The notes: generated from the letters alone by a model not told the origin. Numbered from the stretch's first letter, positions 39,740 through 53,768 are shown. The stretch: 64,000 bases of DNA from Octopus vulgaris (GCA_951406725.2 OX597843.1:13206001-13270000), one strand, 5' to 3'. Program-made: numbers and translations.

Positions 39740-40603
39740 GTAAACCATTCAGTTGCAGCGTGAGCACCAGGTTTTTTATGTAGAGGTCCATTCTTTGTTC
39801 CCTTTTTCTCACCAGTCCCAAATGCCTAACAAATTATGGCCCCTATCTTTCTCTTCCTGACTAAAAAGATTTTAAAGTAACTCACCATCATTATCATCAT
39901 CATCATCATCATCGTTTAACGTCCGTTTTCCATGCTAGCATGGGTTGGACGGTTTTGACTGAGGACTGGCAAGCCAGATGGCCGCACCAGGCTCCAATCT
40001 TGATTTGGCAGAGTTTCTACAGCTGGATGCCCTTCCTAACACCAACCACTCCGAGGGTGTAGTGGGTGCTTTTTACGGGGGCCAATCAGGCGGTACTGGC
40101 AATGACCTCGATCAAATCTTTTTACACGTGCCACCAATACTAGGTGCCAGTGAAGCAACGTTGGTAACGGTCACGCTTGAATGGTGCCCTTTTACGTGCC
40201 ACAGGTACAGAAGCCAGTTGGCTGCTCTGGCAACGATCACAACAATCACGCTCAGAGGGTGTTCTTGGCACCCTACTAGCACAGGCATAAATGCCAGTAA
40301 GGCATCCTATTTTAAAATCACAACCCAGACCTTGGGCAAGTTTCGCAGAACTGCCTCAGTTGCAAGTAATCAGGATGAGGTAATTGGTCTGAGAAAACCA
40401 ATTTGAACTCAGAACCTAAAGACAGATGAAATACCACTAAGCATTTCGCCCAGCGTGCTAACATTTCTGCCAGCTCGCTGCCTGAAAACTGGAAAAATCT
40501 TCTGATGTTGATGATGATGATGATGGAGATGAGGAGGAGGAAGAGGAGAAGGATATGAGAGCATGTGTGAGTGCTTGTACTTACAATAAGAGAGCAAGGA
40601 TAA

Positions 40604-41258
40604 GTGGTGGTGGTGGTGGTGATGGTAGTGGTGTGGTGGTGGTGATGATGGTGGTGGTGATACTAATTGTGGTGGTGGTGCGGTTGTGGTGATGATGGTG
40701 GTGGTGGTGGTACTAATTGTGGTGGTGGAGGTGGTGGTGATGGTAGTGGTGTTGTGGTGGTGGTACTAATTGTGGTGGTGGTGATGATGGTGATGGTGGT
40801 GGTGGTGATGGTAGTGGTGTTGTGGTGGTGGTACTAATTGTGGTGGTGGTGATGATGGTGGTGGTGGTGTGGTGGTGGTGGTGGTACTAATTGTGGTGGT
40901 GGTGATGATGGTGGTGGTGGTGTGGTGGTGGTGATGATGGTGGTGGTGGTACTAACTGTGGTGGTGGTGATGATGGTGGTGGTGGTAATGATGGTGGTGG
41001 TGGTGTGGTGGTGGTGATGGTGGTGGTGGTGGTGGTACTAATTGTGGTGGTGGTGGAGGTGGTGTTGGAGGCATTGATGATTCATCAATGAAAGATTAAC
41101 TCCGCTATTCAGTTTCAGTTGTCAGGGGTTTGTACCAACAAATTGGATTAAATTGCTCCTGTAGAAAAGCAGGTGTCTTACGTGTGTCTATGAGTGTGTG
41201 TACACTTGTATATATCTACGAAAATATATGAACACATATATACATGCATATATACGCA

Positions 41259-41294
<36 letters not shown>

Positions 41295-41565
41295 AATACA
41301 TATATATATATATATATACACACACATATATATACTACATACATATATATAAAACATATGTATACATACATATATATATATACACACACACACATATATA
41401 TATATATACTACATACATATATATAAAACATATGTATAGATACATATATATATATATACACACACACACACATATATATATACTACATACATATATATAA
41501 AACATATGTATACATATATATATATATATATATATACTACATACATATATATATAAAACATATGT

Positions 41566-41602
<37 letters not shown>

Positions 41603-41631
41603 CTACATACATATATATATAAAACATATGT

Positions 41632-41670
<39 letters not shown>

Positions 41671-41748
41671 ATGTATACATACATATATATATATATACAC
41701 ACACACACACATATATATATACTACATACATATATATAAAACATATGT

Positions 41749-41781
<33 letters not shown>

Positions 41782-41810
41782 CTACATACATATATATATA
41801 AAACATATGT

Positions 41811-41841
<31 letters not shown>

Positions 41842-41870
41842 CTACATACATATATATATAAAACATATGT

Positions 41871-41911
<41 letters not shown>

Positions 41912-42654
41912 CATATATATATGTATGTATGTATGTATGTAGACAAAGACACACAACACACACATACACGTGTGTCTCCATCTGTCAGACGACCGTAGCC
42001 GAGCACATGGTTTTTGTTGTTGATTCCGTACAGAATATGAACCACACCTCCACCTCCACTACCACCGTCACTGCTGCTAACCTATTTTATACACCCATTG
42101 TTTTGTCACTATCCCTTACACACACACACATGTATATATATATATAAATGTGCATCTGCTGACGTGCATCACCTTTATACTCTTTTGATCTTCTGTAATA
42201 GTCACACAAGGATACGTCGGAGAAATGAGCTAACAGACACACACACACAGATAGACACACAGACACACACACACAGACAGACAGACACACAGACAGACAG
42301 ACACACATACACACACACAGACACAAACAGACAGACACACACATACACAGACACACAGACAGACACACACACACAAACGCACAGACACACACACACAAAC
42401 ACACAGACAGACACACATACACACACACATACACAGACACACACATACACAGACACACACACACACAGACACACACACACACACAAACGCACAGACACAC
42501 ACACACAAACACACAGACAGACACACATACACACACACATACACAGACACACACACACACAAACGCACAGACACACACACACAAACACACAGACAGACAC
42601 ACAGAGACACACACACACACACAGACAGACAGACACACATACACACACACACAG

Positions 42655-42720
<66 letters not shown>

Positions 42721-42790
42721 ACACACAAAAACACAGACACACACAGACACAAACACACAGACAGACACACACACACACACACACACACAG
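40604..42790. repeat. (GGT)n with TACTAAT interruptions, TA-rich minisatellite and (AC/ACAG)n tracts
   Basis: Direct reading. Confidence 0.9.
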
Positions 42791-44279
42791 AGCATACAAT
42801 GGCATACATAAACGGCATTATTATTACCATTGTTGCTGCTACTACTATTGTTGTTGCTGTTGTTGTTGTCGTTGCTATTGTCGTTTGGTTTGGTTCGGTA
42901 CATCTGGCCGACCTACAGCTCACCTGGTACTTGTCCCCACCTTAGGAATATTACTGTGTGTGTGTGTGTGTGTGTGTGCTTTCATGTGTGTATACTCTTT
43001 ACTCTCTTTTACTCTTTTACTTGTTTCAGTCATTTGACTGCGGCCATGCTGGAGCACCGCCTTTAGTCGAGCAAATCGACCCCAGGACTTATTCTTTGTA
43101 AGCCCAGTACTTATTCTATCGGTCTCTTTTGCCGAACCGCTAAGTGACGGGGACGTAAACACACCAGCATCGGTTGTCAAGCAATGCTAGAGGGACAAAC
43201 ACACACACACACACATATATATATATTCTCTTATTATTTTATTTGTTTCAGTCATTTGACTGCGGCCAAGCTGGAGCACCGTCTTTTAGCTGAACAAACT
43301 GACCCCAGGGCTTATTCTCTGTAAGTCTAGTACATATTCTATTGGTCTTTTTTGCTGAACCACTAAGTGCAACAAAAGACCCTTCTTCTTTGCAAAATCA
43401 CTAACTGCAAGCAGGGCCATCGCTAAGCCCCTGCAAAACCCTGTGGTCACAGGGGGCCTTTGCGGTTGAGGAGCCCCATGTTAAGATCAAAGTACGTAGA
43501 TGAGTCATCTATTTATTTCTCCTCTAGGCACAAAGCCCAAAATTTTTCAGGAGGGGGCCCAGTCGATTAGATTAGATTGACCCCATTACACAACTGGTAC
43601 TTAACTTATCAATCCCTAAAGGATGAAAGGCAAAGTCAACCTCGGCAGAATTTGAACTCAGAACGTAAAGACAGGGGGCCTTTGCAGTTGAGGGGCCCCA
43701 TGTTAAGATCAAAGTACATAGATGAGTCATCTATTTATTTCTCTTCTAGGCACAAAGCCCAAAATTTTTCAGGAGGGGGCCCAGTCGATTAGATTAGATC
43801 GACCCCATTACACAACTGGTACTTAACTTATCGACCCCTAAAGGATGAAAGGCAAAGTCAACCTCAGCAGAATTTGAACTCAGAACGTAAAGACAGACGA
43901 AATACCATTAAGCATTTTTACTTTGGTTGAACAAGAATTAAACTATATTAACTATATTAGTGAAGGCAGTGAGCTGGCAGAAACGTTAGCACACCGGGTG
44001 AATTGCGTAGCCGTATTTCGTCTGCCGCTACGTTCCGAGTTCAAATTCCGCCGAGGTCGACTTTGCCTTTCATCCTTTCGGGGTCGATAAATTAAGTACC
44101 AGTTACGCACTGGAGTCGATGTAATCGACTTAATCCCTTTGTCTGTCCTTGTTTGTCCCCTGTGTTTAGCCCCATGTGGGTAGTAAAGAAATATATATTA
44201 ACTGAAAAATTTCAAAAAATAAAATGGTAATACATGTTACCTGCAAAAGTTCTTGTAAAAATATTACATTGTACCACGA

Positions 44280-44406
44280 ACGTGTACCACAAACGTGTAC
44301 CAGACTTTATGGATTGTCTATAATATCTATTGAACATGAACTTGGCTCTCAGTCTGAACTGATCGATGATTTCATGAAGCAAAAAGTGCCACATGTTCGT
44401 CTTTGA
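44280..44406 (+). pseudogene. Decayed hAT transposase C-terminal dimerisation segment
   Basis: RLYGLSIISIEHELG...LIDDFMKQK resembles the hAT QERL.GLA.LSIE.E...IDDFA..K motif; CAGGGCC-type terminal sequence near 43412 and GGGGCC motifs near 45735-45765. Confidence 0.5.
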
Positions 44407-44606
44407 GAATTGCCTGGATTATAAAAGTGCTTTTTTTTATTCATATCTGGAAGTTTTAATTATTGAAATTTGGAACAGACCTGAATATAGATTATTTACA
44501 TTTGACGGATATTTGTCCTCATCTTGTTGGATAAGCCCTAAAAATTCACTCCATAATTGCCCACGGGCATACGGTGTAGTGGTTAAGAGCGTGGGCTACT
44601 AACCCC

Positions 44607-44836
44607 AAACAACACAGCTCCCATGACTTTCGGAAACATTTTTTCACACTCAGAGTTGCTGAAGCATGGAATAAACTGCCTGCGTCAGTTGTTGACTGCC
44701 ATGACACTGCATCCTTTAAGGCCCTCATGCTTTCCGAAATCCGCCAAAACTACACCTGATTATATATACACTTTAGATGAGTTGTAGTGCACCTGAGCAC
44801 TGTACACAATTATTATTATTATTATTATTATTATTA
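44607..44836 (+). mobile_element. CR1 3' fragment (same family as 37294-38952)
   Basis: KQHSSHDFRKHFFTLRVAEAWNKLPASVV...NYT*, then (TTA)n. Confidence 0.85.
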
Positions 44837-45211
44837 CGAGTTTGATTCCAGGCAGTGACCTGAATAATAATAATATCAAAAAATACCTTAGGAATGAGAA
44901 CCCAGATTTGAAATTTCCCTAAGACACCTGATGAAGGCTAGAGAGTATTCTTTTATTTGTTTCAGTCATTTGACTGCAGCCAGGCTGGAGCACCACCTTT
45001 TATTTGAACAAACCGACCCCAGGGCTTATTCTTTGTAAATCTAGTATTTATTCTATCGGTCTTTTTTCCGAACCACTAAATTCAGAAGAGCCTCTTCTTT
45101 GCAAGTTCTGCTTACCAAAAGTGGCCGAAACGCTGTGTTGACAACAAACAAGATGAGGACAAATATCCGTCAAATGTAAATAATGTAAATAATTCCTCAT
45201 CTCTGAAATAT

Positions 45212-45596
45212 GTGGAAGCACTCAGTCGGTTACGACGACGAGGGTTCCGGTTGATCCGAATCAATGGAACAGCCTGCTCGTGAAATTTACGTGTAAGTGG
45301 CTGAGCACTCCACAGACACGTGTACCCTTAACGTAGTTCTCGGGGATATTCAGCGTGACACAGAGAGTGACAAGGCCGGCCCTTTGAAATACAGGTACAA
45401 CAGAAACAGGAAGTAAGAGTGAGAGAAAGTTGTGGTGAAAGAGTACAGCAGGGATCACCACAATCCCTGCCGGAGCCTCGTGTAGCTTTAGGTGTTTTCG
45501 CTCAATAAACACTCACAACGCCCGGTCTGGGAATCGAAACCGCGATCCTACGACCGCGAGTCCGCTGCCCTAACCACTGGGCCATTGCGCCTCCAC
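45212..45596 (-). mobile_element. SINE family E, full length, 12-bp TSD
   Basis: TCTCTGAAATAT at 45200-45211 and 45599-45610; tRNA-like head with GTTTCGATTCC B box. Confidence 0.9.
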
Positions 45597-46475
45597 ATTC
45601 TCTGAAATATAGAACAGACCTGAATATATTGTTGTGCTTCAAAAGATGTTCTTTAGGATAACTTCAGATAGAATAAAATAAAATATAGCTAGGAATTAAA
45701 AGTGCGTAGATTATGAATCTTGATGGAAGGGATGGGGCCTTGAAACAAAATGTTGCAGGGGCCTCTAGAAGTCAGGTGACAGAGGTGGCTGCAAGTGAGC
45801 CATCACCTCTCCTACCATGGTGTCAGTCAGACAACTGGATGCTGTATACATCGCTGATCACAATGCATTTTTGTATTGATTTAGCCTTTGGATGATGCCA
45901 CCCCACTGGCCAGGCAAACAGACCAATGTACCCAGAGATGGGAAGGCTAGTCTATCGCAGGGTGAGCCTTGTAAAGCGAAGTGGAGTGGAGTGGAGCTAG
46001 GTGGAATGAAGTGTTTTGCTCAAGGACACATTGTACCACCCAGTCTGGAAACTGAACCCACGTCCTTGCAATCGTGAATGCAATACCCGAACCATTAGGT
46101 CATGCACCTTCACACACACACACACACAGATATATCATCATCATCATCATCATCATCGTTTAACATCTGTTTTCCATGCTGGCATGGGTTGGATGATTTG
46201 ACCAGGGCTGGTAAGCTGGAAGGTTGCACCAGACTCCAGTCTGATCTGGCAGTGTTTCTACAGCTGGATGCCCTTCCTAATGCCAACCACTCCGTGAGTG
46301 TAGTGGGTGCTTTTTACGTGCCACCGGCATAAGGGCCAGAGGAGGCTGGCAAACGTCCACGATCGGCTGGTGCTTTTACATGTCACTGACATCGACGCCA
46401 GTCAGGCGGCGCTGGCATCTGCCACATTTGGATGGTGCTTTTTACGTCCCACTGGCACAGGTATCTTAACTACAC

Positions 46476-46689
46476 TCTCTTTACTCTCTTTATACTTGTT
46501 TCAGTCATTTGACTGCGGCCATGCTGGAGCACCACCTTTAATAGAGCAACTCGACCCCGGGACTTATTATTTGTAAGCCCAGTACTTATTCTATCGGTCT
46601 CTTTTGCCGAACCGCTAAGTAATGGGGACATAAACACACCAGCATCGGTTGTCAAGCGATGCTGGGGACAAACACAGACATACAAACAT

Positions 46690-46740
<51 letters not shown>

Positions 46741-47143
46741 TATGACGGGCTTCTTTCAGTTTCTGTCTACCAAATCCACTCACAAGGCTTTGGTCAGCCC
46801 GAGGCTATAGTAGAAGACACTTGCCCAAGGTGCCACGCAGTGGGACTGAACCCGGAACTGTGTGGTTGGTAAACAAGCTACTTACCACACAGCCACTCCT
46901 GCGTCATGTTTCCATTTGATTTTTATTTTGATGTTGGTGTTGATGTACTTGACTCAATAGGTCTCCTCAAGAGCAGCGGATCACTCTAGGCTTCTTTCAG
47001 TTTCCATCTACTAAATCCACTCACAAGGCTTTGGTCAGGCCGAGGCTGTAGTAGAAGACACTCACCCAAGGTGCCACGCAGTGGGACTGAACCTGGAACC
47101 ATGTGCTTGGGAAGCAAGCTACTTACCACACAGCCACACCTGC
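46476..47143 (-). mobile_element. SINE family A copies
   Basis: Match to other copies. Confidence 0.85.
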
Positions 47144-47223
47144 TTCGTATTCGAAAGCCGTGCTAGTGTTGTAACCATTATCGACCGCACAGACTCAAAG
47201 TAGGTGTTTTGTTTCTTTGTCAG

Positions 47224-47302
47224 ATTTGCTGCAAGACAGCACTTGGGGATGACTCGCTTGCTCATAATGGTAGGTGTCAAAATACCTGGAAGTCTTGAAC
47301 AG
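47224..47302 (+). other. Candidate exon 7 (alternative donors after 47269 and 47302)
   Basis: Acceptor ttttgtttctttgtcAG; donors ATG|GTAGGT and CAG|GTGAGA. Confidence 0.5.
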
Positions 47303-47409
47303 GTGAGACAATTAGCCTCGGATAAAATTCAGGTGTAATGGGTACAGATATTTCATCGTGTTTTTTGTTGCTTATTGGTATTACTTGGTGGTAAAGATCA
47401 TGGTGGAGA

Positions 47410-49530
47410 TATTGGTGATGGTGGTGGTGGTGGTGGTGGTGCCGGCGGCAGTGGTAGTGGTGGTGGTGGTGATAGTGGTTGTGGTGGTAGTGGTGGTAGT
47501 GGTGGTAATGGTGGTGGTGGTGATAATGGTTCAGATGATAGTGATAGAGGTTGTGGTGGTGATGGTGGCAGTGGTGATAGAGGTTGTGGTGGTAGTGGTG
47601 GTGGTGGTGATAGTGGTTCAGATGATAGTGATAGAGGTTGTGGTGGTGATGGTGGCAGTGGTGATAGAGGTTGTGGTGGTAGTGGTGGTGGTGGTGGTGA
47701 TAGTGGTTCAGATGATAGTGATAGAGGTTGTGGTGGTGATGGTGGCAGTGGTGATAGAGGTTGTGGTGGTAGTGGTGGTGCTGGTGCTGGCGGTGGTGGT
47801 GGTTGTGCTGATAGAGGTTATGGTGGTAGTGGTGGTGGTTGTAGTAGTAGTGGAGATGGTGGTAGTGGTGATGGTGGTGGCAGTGATGACAATGGTGATG
47901 ATGATAATGAGGATGGTGATGATGATAATGGTGGTGATGATCATGGTAGTAGTGATAATGATGGTGATGATGATGGTGGTGGTGGTGGTGGTGGTAGCAA
48001 TGGTGATGATGATGATCATCATCATCATCATCAACATGACGAGGAAGAGATGAATGGTGGTAATAACGATGGTGGTGACGGTGGTGATGATGAGGTGGAG
48101 GAAGAGGATAGTGATGGTGGTGGTGGTGGTGGCAGTGGCAATGGTCTTGACCATAGTGATGATGAAAACAATACAATGGCAGATGGTACGAAGGGGGGAG
48201 GTGGTGGTGGTGGTGTCGGTGAGCGGTGAGGAGAGGGGATTCGACACGTCACACACGCAGTGTGTCAGTGTGCCAGAATGACGTCACAATGACAATGGAA
48301 TTAGACAGCCGCCTCCCCACCACCCCTCCTCTCCCCACCACCCTTCGCCTCCCCTCCCCCTCACCACCTCTTTCTACCCTGCCACTCTTTGTCATCGTCA
48401 GAACCCGTCATCGTTGTGGTTGCCGTTGTCATATCTCCGTTCAGCATCCGTCATCATCACAACTTCTCCGTCATCACCACCACCACCATATTCGTTGCCA
48501 TCCTCATCACCGTCATCACCACTTACTTTCATTGGCACTGACATCGTTGTCATCACCACCTCCCACAACTAATGCATCAATATCGTTACTATCGTCATCA
48601 TAACCATCGTCATCATAACCATCATCATCATCATCATCATCATCAACACCATCATCTTTCGTCATCAGAAATTTGAACTCGGAATGTAGAGACCGATGAA
48701 TCGCTTAGGCAGCATCTCCTCTGGCCTGCCACTGATTCCTCACCTGCCACTCACCTGATAATAATCGTAATGCCATTGGAACTTGGCGCGGTCCCTGGCC
48801 TTCCCAGTTCCTGGCGAGACGGTCAATCCATGCCAGCATGGAAAACGGACTTTCAGTGATGATGATGATGATGATGATGATGACGACAACGACGATGATG
48901 ATGATGATGATGATGACGATGATGACGATGATGATGACTATGATGATGATGATGATGACGACGACTATGATGATGATGATGATGACGACTATGATGACAA
49001 TGATGATGATGACTATGACAATGACGACTATGATGATGATGATGATGATGATGATGACAATGATGATGACCACCATGGTGATGATGACGACGATGATGAT
49101 GACTATGACGATGATGATGACGATGATGATGATGACAATGATGATGATAACGATGATGATGATGACAACTATGATGATGGCTATGATGATGATGACGACA
49201 GCAACGATGATGATGATAACAATGACGACGACTATGATGATTATGATGACGATGATGATGACGACTATGATGACGATGATGATGACGACTATGATGACAA
49301 TGATGATGATGACTATGACAATGACGACTATGATGATGATGATGACGACTATGATGATGATGACAATGATGATGACCACCATGGTGATGATGACGACGAT
49401 GATGATGATGACTATGACGATGACGATGACGATGATGATGACGATGATGATGATAACGATGATGATGATGATGACAACTATGATGATGGCTATGATGATG
49501 ATGATAACAATGACGACGACTATGATGACG
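47410..49530. repeat. (GGT/GAT)n and (GAT/GAC)n degenerate microsatellites
   Basis: Direct reading. Confidence 0.9.
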
Positions 49531-49801
49531 ATAAATATGAATGATGTGTATAACATTTAGAAACCTTAAAGCAGTGAGCCGACAGAATATTTTCCTCGCC
49601 GGGCAAACTCACCCATCCTTATGTTCTGAGTTCAAATCCTGCCGAGGTCGACTTTGCCTTTCATCTTTCCAGGCGTTGATAAAATAAGTACCAGTCAAAC
49701 ACTGGGGGTCGATGTAATCCCCTGAAATGGCTACCCCTGTGGCAAAATTTGAAGCCATTATTATTATTATTATTACTATTTATTTGTTCAACATTTGGTA
49801 T

Positions 49802-50203
49802 ACTCTTTTACTTGTTTCAGTCATTTGACTGCGGCCATGCTGGAGCACCGCCTTTAATCGAGCAACTCGAACCCGGGACTTATTCTCTTGTAAGTCCAGT
49901 ACTTATTCTATCGGTCTCTTTTGCCGAACCGCTAAGTGACGGGGACGTAAACACACCAGCATCGGTTGTCAAGCAATGCTAGGGGTACAAACACAGACAC
50001 ACAAATGCATATATATATATATATATATATACATACATATATACGACAGGCTTCTTTCAGTTTCCGCCTACCAAATCCACTCACAAGGCTTTGGTTGGCC
50101 CGAGGCTATAGTAGAAGACACTTGCCCAAGATGCCACGCAGTGGGACTGAACCCGGAACCATGTGGTTCGTAAACAAGCTACTTACCACACAGCCACTCC
50201 TGC
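49802..50203 (-). mobile_element. SINE family A (another copy at 50972-51386)
   Basis: Match to other copies. Confidence 0.9.
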
Positions 50204-50204
50204 T

Positions 50205-50927
50205 GTTGAGGCAAATTCCTACTGCATCACTTGCTACACCTCCGTGTGGCTGGGGTGAGTACAGCATTGTGGGCTCTTCTCTACCATTGGGTGTGTGTAA
50301 ACTTTTCCCAGTACTGTATTGTGTTAGTCTTTTTTCTCTTGAGGTGTGATGCAGCCTTTCATTGTGTTAACCTTTGTATTGTGTGTTGTGTAATGCATTG
50401 GTTATCTAGCTTGCTCATGGAAGTTTATTTGCTGTATAGAACATGTCTTGTGTTTGTGGGTTGTTTTGTTTGGGCTCTATTACTGGATTGATAGTGTCTT
50501 ACGTAGAATATGGGCTGTTCCAAGCAGGGCTATTTTATGGATAGTGTGTGGTGTTGAGGATCCAGGTATAGCTTCTACATTTTTGTTCATATGTTTTTTT
50601 TATCATGCCCAATGCTCCAATTATTATTGGTATTGTTTTTACCTTCATGCCCCACATTTTGAATACTTCAATTTCGAGGTCTTTGTACTTTGACAATTTC
50701 TCCACTTCTTTTTTGGCAATATTTGGATCAGAAGGGGCCACAATGTCTATCAGTAAGCAGGTGTTTTTTTTCCCCCCAGTCCTTGATTATGATATCTGGG
50801 TCATTAGCTTTTATTTCTTTGTTGGTTTGAACCAGCATATCCCAGATGATTGTGGCCTGGTCGTTGTCCGGTATCTTGTTTGGTACGTGCTTATACCACT
50901 TGGTGTCTGTTTTGATGCTGTAATGTG

Positions 50928-50930
<3 letters not shown>
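50205..50930 (-). mobile_element. R4/Dong-clade non-LTR retrotransposon 3' fragment (restriction-like endonuclease domain, frameshifted)
   Basis: WYKHVP...IIWD...PDIIIKD...LLID..APSD.N..KKE.EKLSKYKDL..E...MW...IPIIIGALG...KIALLGTAHILRKTLSIQ* with stop at 50480-50482. Confidence 0.85.
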
Positions 50931-50974
<44 letters not shown>

Positions 50975-51387
50975 TCTTTTACTCTTTTACTTGTTTCAGT
51001 GATTTGACTGCGGCCATGCTGGAGCACCGCCTTTAATCGAGCAACTCAACCCCGGGACTTATTCTTTGTAAGCCCAGTTCTTATTCTATTGGTCTCTTTT
51101 TGCCGAACCGCTAAGCGATGGGGACATAAACACACCAGCATCGGTTGTCAAGCAATGCTAGAGGGACAAACACAGACACACAAACACACACACACACATA
51201 TATATATATATACACATATATACGACGGGCTTCTTTCAATTTCCGCCTACCAAATCCACTCACAAGGCATTGGTCGGCCCGAGGCTATAATAGAAGACAC
51301 TCGCCCAAGGTGCCACGCAGTGGGACTGAACCCAGAACCATGTGGTTGGTAAACAAGCTACTTACCACACAGCCACTCCTGCACCTA

Positions 51388-51418
<31 letters not shown>

Positions 51419-51599
51419 GTATGTATGTATATGTGTGTATATACACAGCCCTTTTCTTGACTCGGTATCCATATTCTTTGATGTTAAAGCTTTTGGTATG
51501 TTTACTCTCTTGTTCTTTTATATGTTTCAGCCCAATGGCTGTGGCCATGCTGGAGCACCACCAGTGTTTTCCTTGCACTATGACAACTGCAACCGTTAT

Positions 51600-53737
51600 C
51601 ATCACTACCACCACTACCACCACCAACGCCAACACTGTTTACATCATCACCACCACCACGACAACTATTGCCAATACCACTATTGCCACTACCACCACCA
51701 CAATCACTACAACTACCACCACAACCACTACAACGACTACTACAACCACCAGTACCACCACCACACTACCACTAACACCACTATCACCACCACCACAATC
51801 ACTACGACAACTACCACTACCAGTACAACTACCGCCACCACAATAACTACTACAACCACCAGTACCACCACCACTACTACCAACCACTACCACCACCACA
51901 CCACCACCAAAACTATGATCACAATCACTACAACAACCACTATCACCACTACTGCCACCACCACCACCACCACTACCACCTCCATGATGATGTCACTCCT
52001 GCATGACACCACCCCTTCACCTTCTCCTCTCCTCCCTTCCACAACCACTGTCCACCACCAGTTTTAACTACCACCGTTTGATCCAAGCATCACCGTCCTG
52101 CCACCCCCACCCCCACCACCCCGACTACTGTCGTTGTCATCATCATCATCATCGTCGTCGTCGTTGTCATCCTCATTATTGTTATCCGCATCCTTTTTAC
52201 CACCACCACCATCACCATCACCAGCATTGTCACACTGCAGCCATCACCACCACCACCACCACTACCACCACCATCACCACCACAACTACAACCACCACCA
52301 TCACCACCATCCCCACCACCATCACAACTATGATCACAATCACTACAACAACTACCACTATCACCACTACTGCCACCACCACCACCACCACTACCACCTC
52401 CATGATGATGTCACTCCTGCATGACACCCCCCTTCACCTTCTCCTCTCCTCCCTTCCACAACCCGTGTCCATTCAGTTCAGTTTTAACTTTACGTTTCGA
52501 TCCAAGCACCACCACCACCACCACCACCACCACCACCACTACTGCCACCACCACCACCACTACCACCAACCACCACTACCACCAACACCACTACCACCAC
52601 CACCACCACCAACCACCACCACCACTATGATCACAATCACTACTACAACTACCACTACCACCACTACCACCACCACCACCACCACCACCACCACCACCAC
52701 CACCACCACCACCACCACTACTACAACTACCACCACCACCACCACCACCCACCACCACCACCACCACCACCAACACCACTACCACCACCACCACCACCAC
52801 CACCACCACCACCACCACCACCACTACCACCAACACCACTACCACCACCACCACCACCAACACCACAACTATGATCACAATCACTACAACAACTACCACT
52901 ATCACCACTACTGCCATCACCACCACCACCACCACTACCACCTCCCATGATGCATTGTCACATTCCTGCATGACACCACCACCACCACCACCACCACCAC
53001 CACCACCACCACCATCACCAGCATTGTCACATTGCAGCCATCACCACCACCACCACCACCACCACTATCACCACCACCACCACCATCACCAGCATTGTCA
53101 CATCGCAGCCCACCACCACCACCACCACCACCACCACCACCACCACCACCACCATCACCACCACCACCATCACCACCACCACCACCACCACCCACCACCA
53201 CCATCACCAGCATTGTCACATCGCAGCCACCACCACCACCACCAGCATTGTCACGCCGTCGCAGCCACCACCACCACCACCACCACTGCCTACATAACTT
53301 TTACAACTCACCTCATTCCACGTGACAAATACAGGAAGAATTTCGGCAAAAATCATTCCAGACCGAATCCTCCCTCCCCCTTACCCACAACCACATCTTC
53401 CTTTGTCTGTAACTACCTTTGTCTGTCATACAACACTATCTCTCTCTCTCCTACTCTCTCTAACTATTGATCTACCTATCTATCTATCTGATGGTGTACC
53501 TGCCTGGCTATCTATCCGTTTATCCCGCAGTCTATTGTTTCTTTTTATTTATATCATCTATCTATCTATTATTCTATCTATCTATCTGCCTGTCTGTCTC
53601 TCTATCTATCTAGCTATCTATATACCTACCTACCTATCTATCTATCTAGCTATCTATATACCTACCTATCTATCTATCTATCTGCCTGTCTGTCTCTCTG
53701 TCTATCTATCTATCTAGCTATCTATATACCTACCTAC

Positions 53738-53768
<31 letters not shown>

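Larger units (their letters stand above)
44490..45611 (+). mobile_element. Composite tRNA-head / hammerhead / Penelope-like element with three nested insertions
   Basis: 17-bp direct repeat at 44473-44489 and 45612-45628; 38-bp inverted repeat 44491-44528 vs 45147-45184; CTGATGA at 44928 and GAAA at 45127. Confidence 0.65.

Noticed and set aside
45515-45596. tRNA-like sequence as a genuine tRNA gene
   Set aside because: It is the head of SINE E, continuous with the SINE body and bounded by a TSD
48735-53330. Minus-strand GTGAGT donors near 48755 and 53310
   Set aside because: No matching polypyrimidine acceptors; no coherent minus-strand gene
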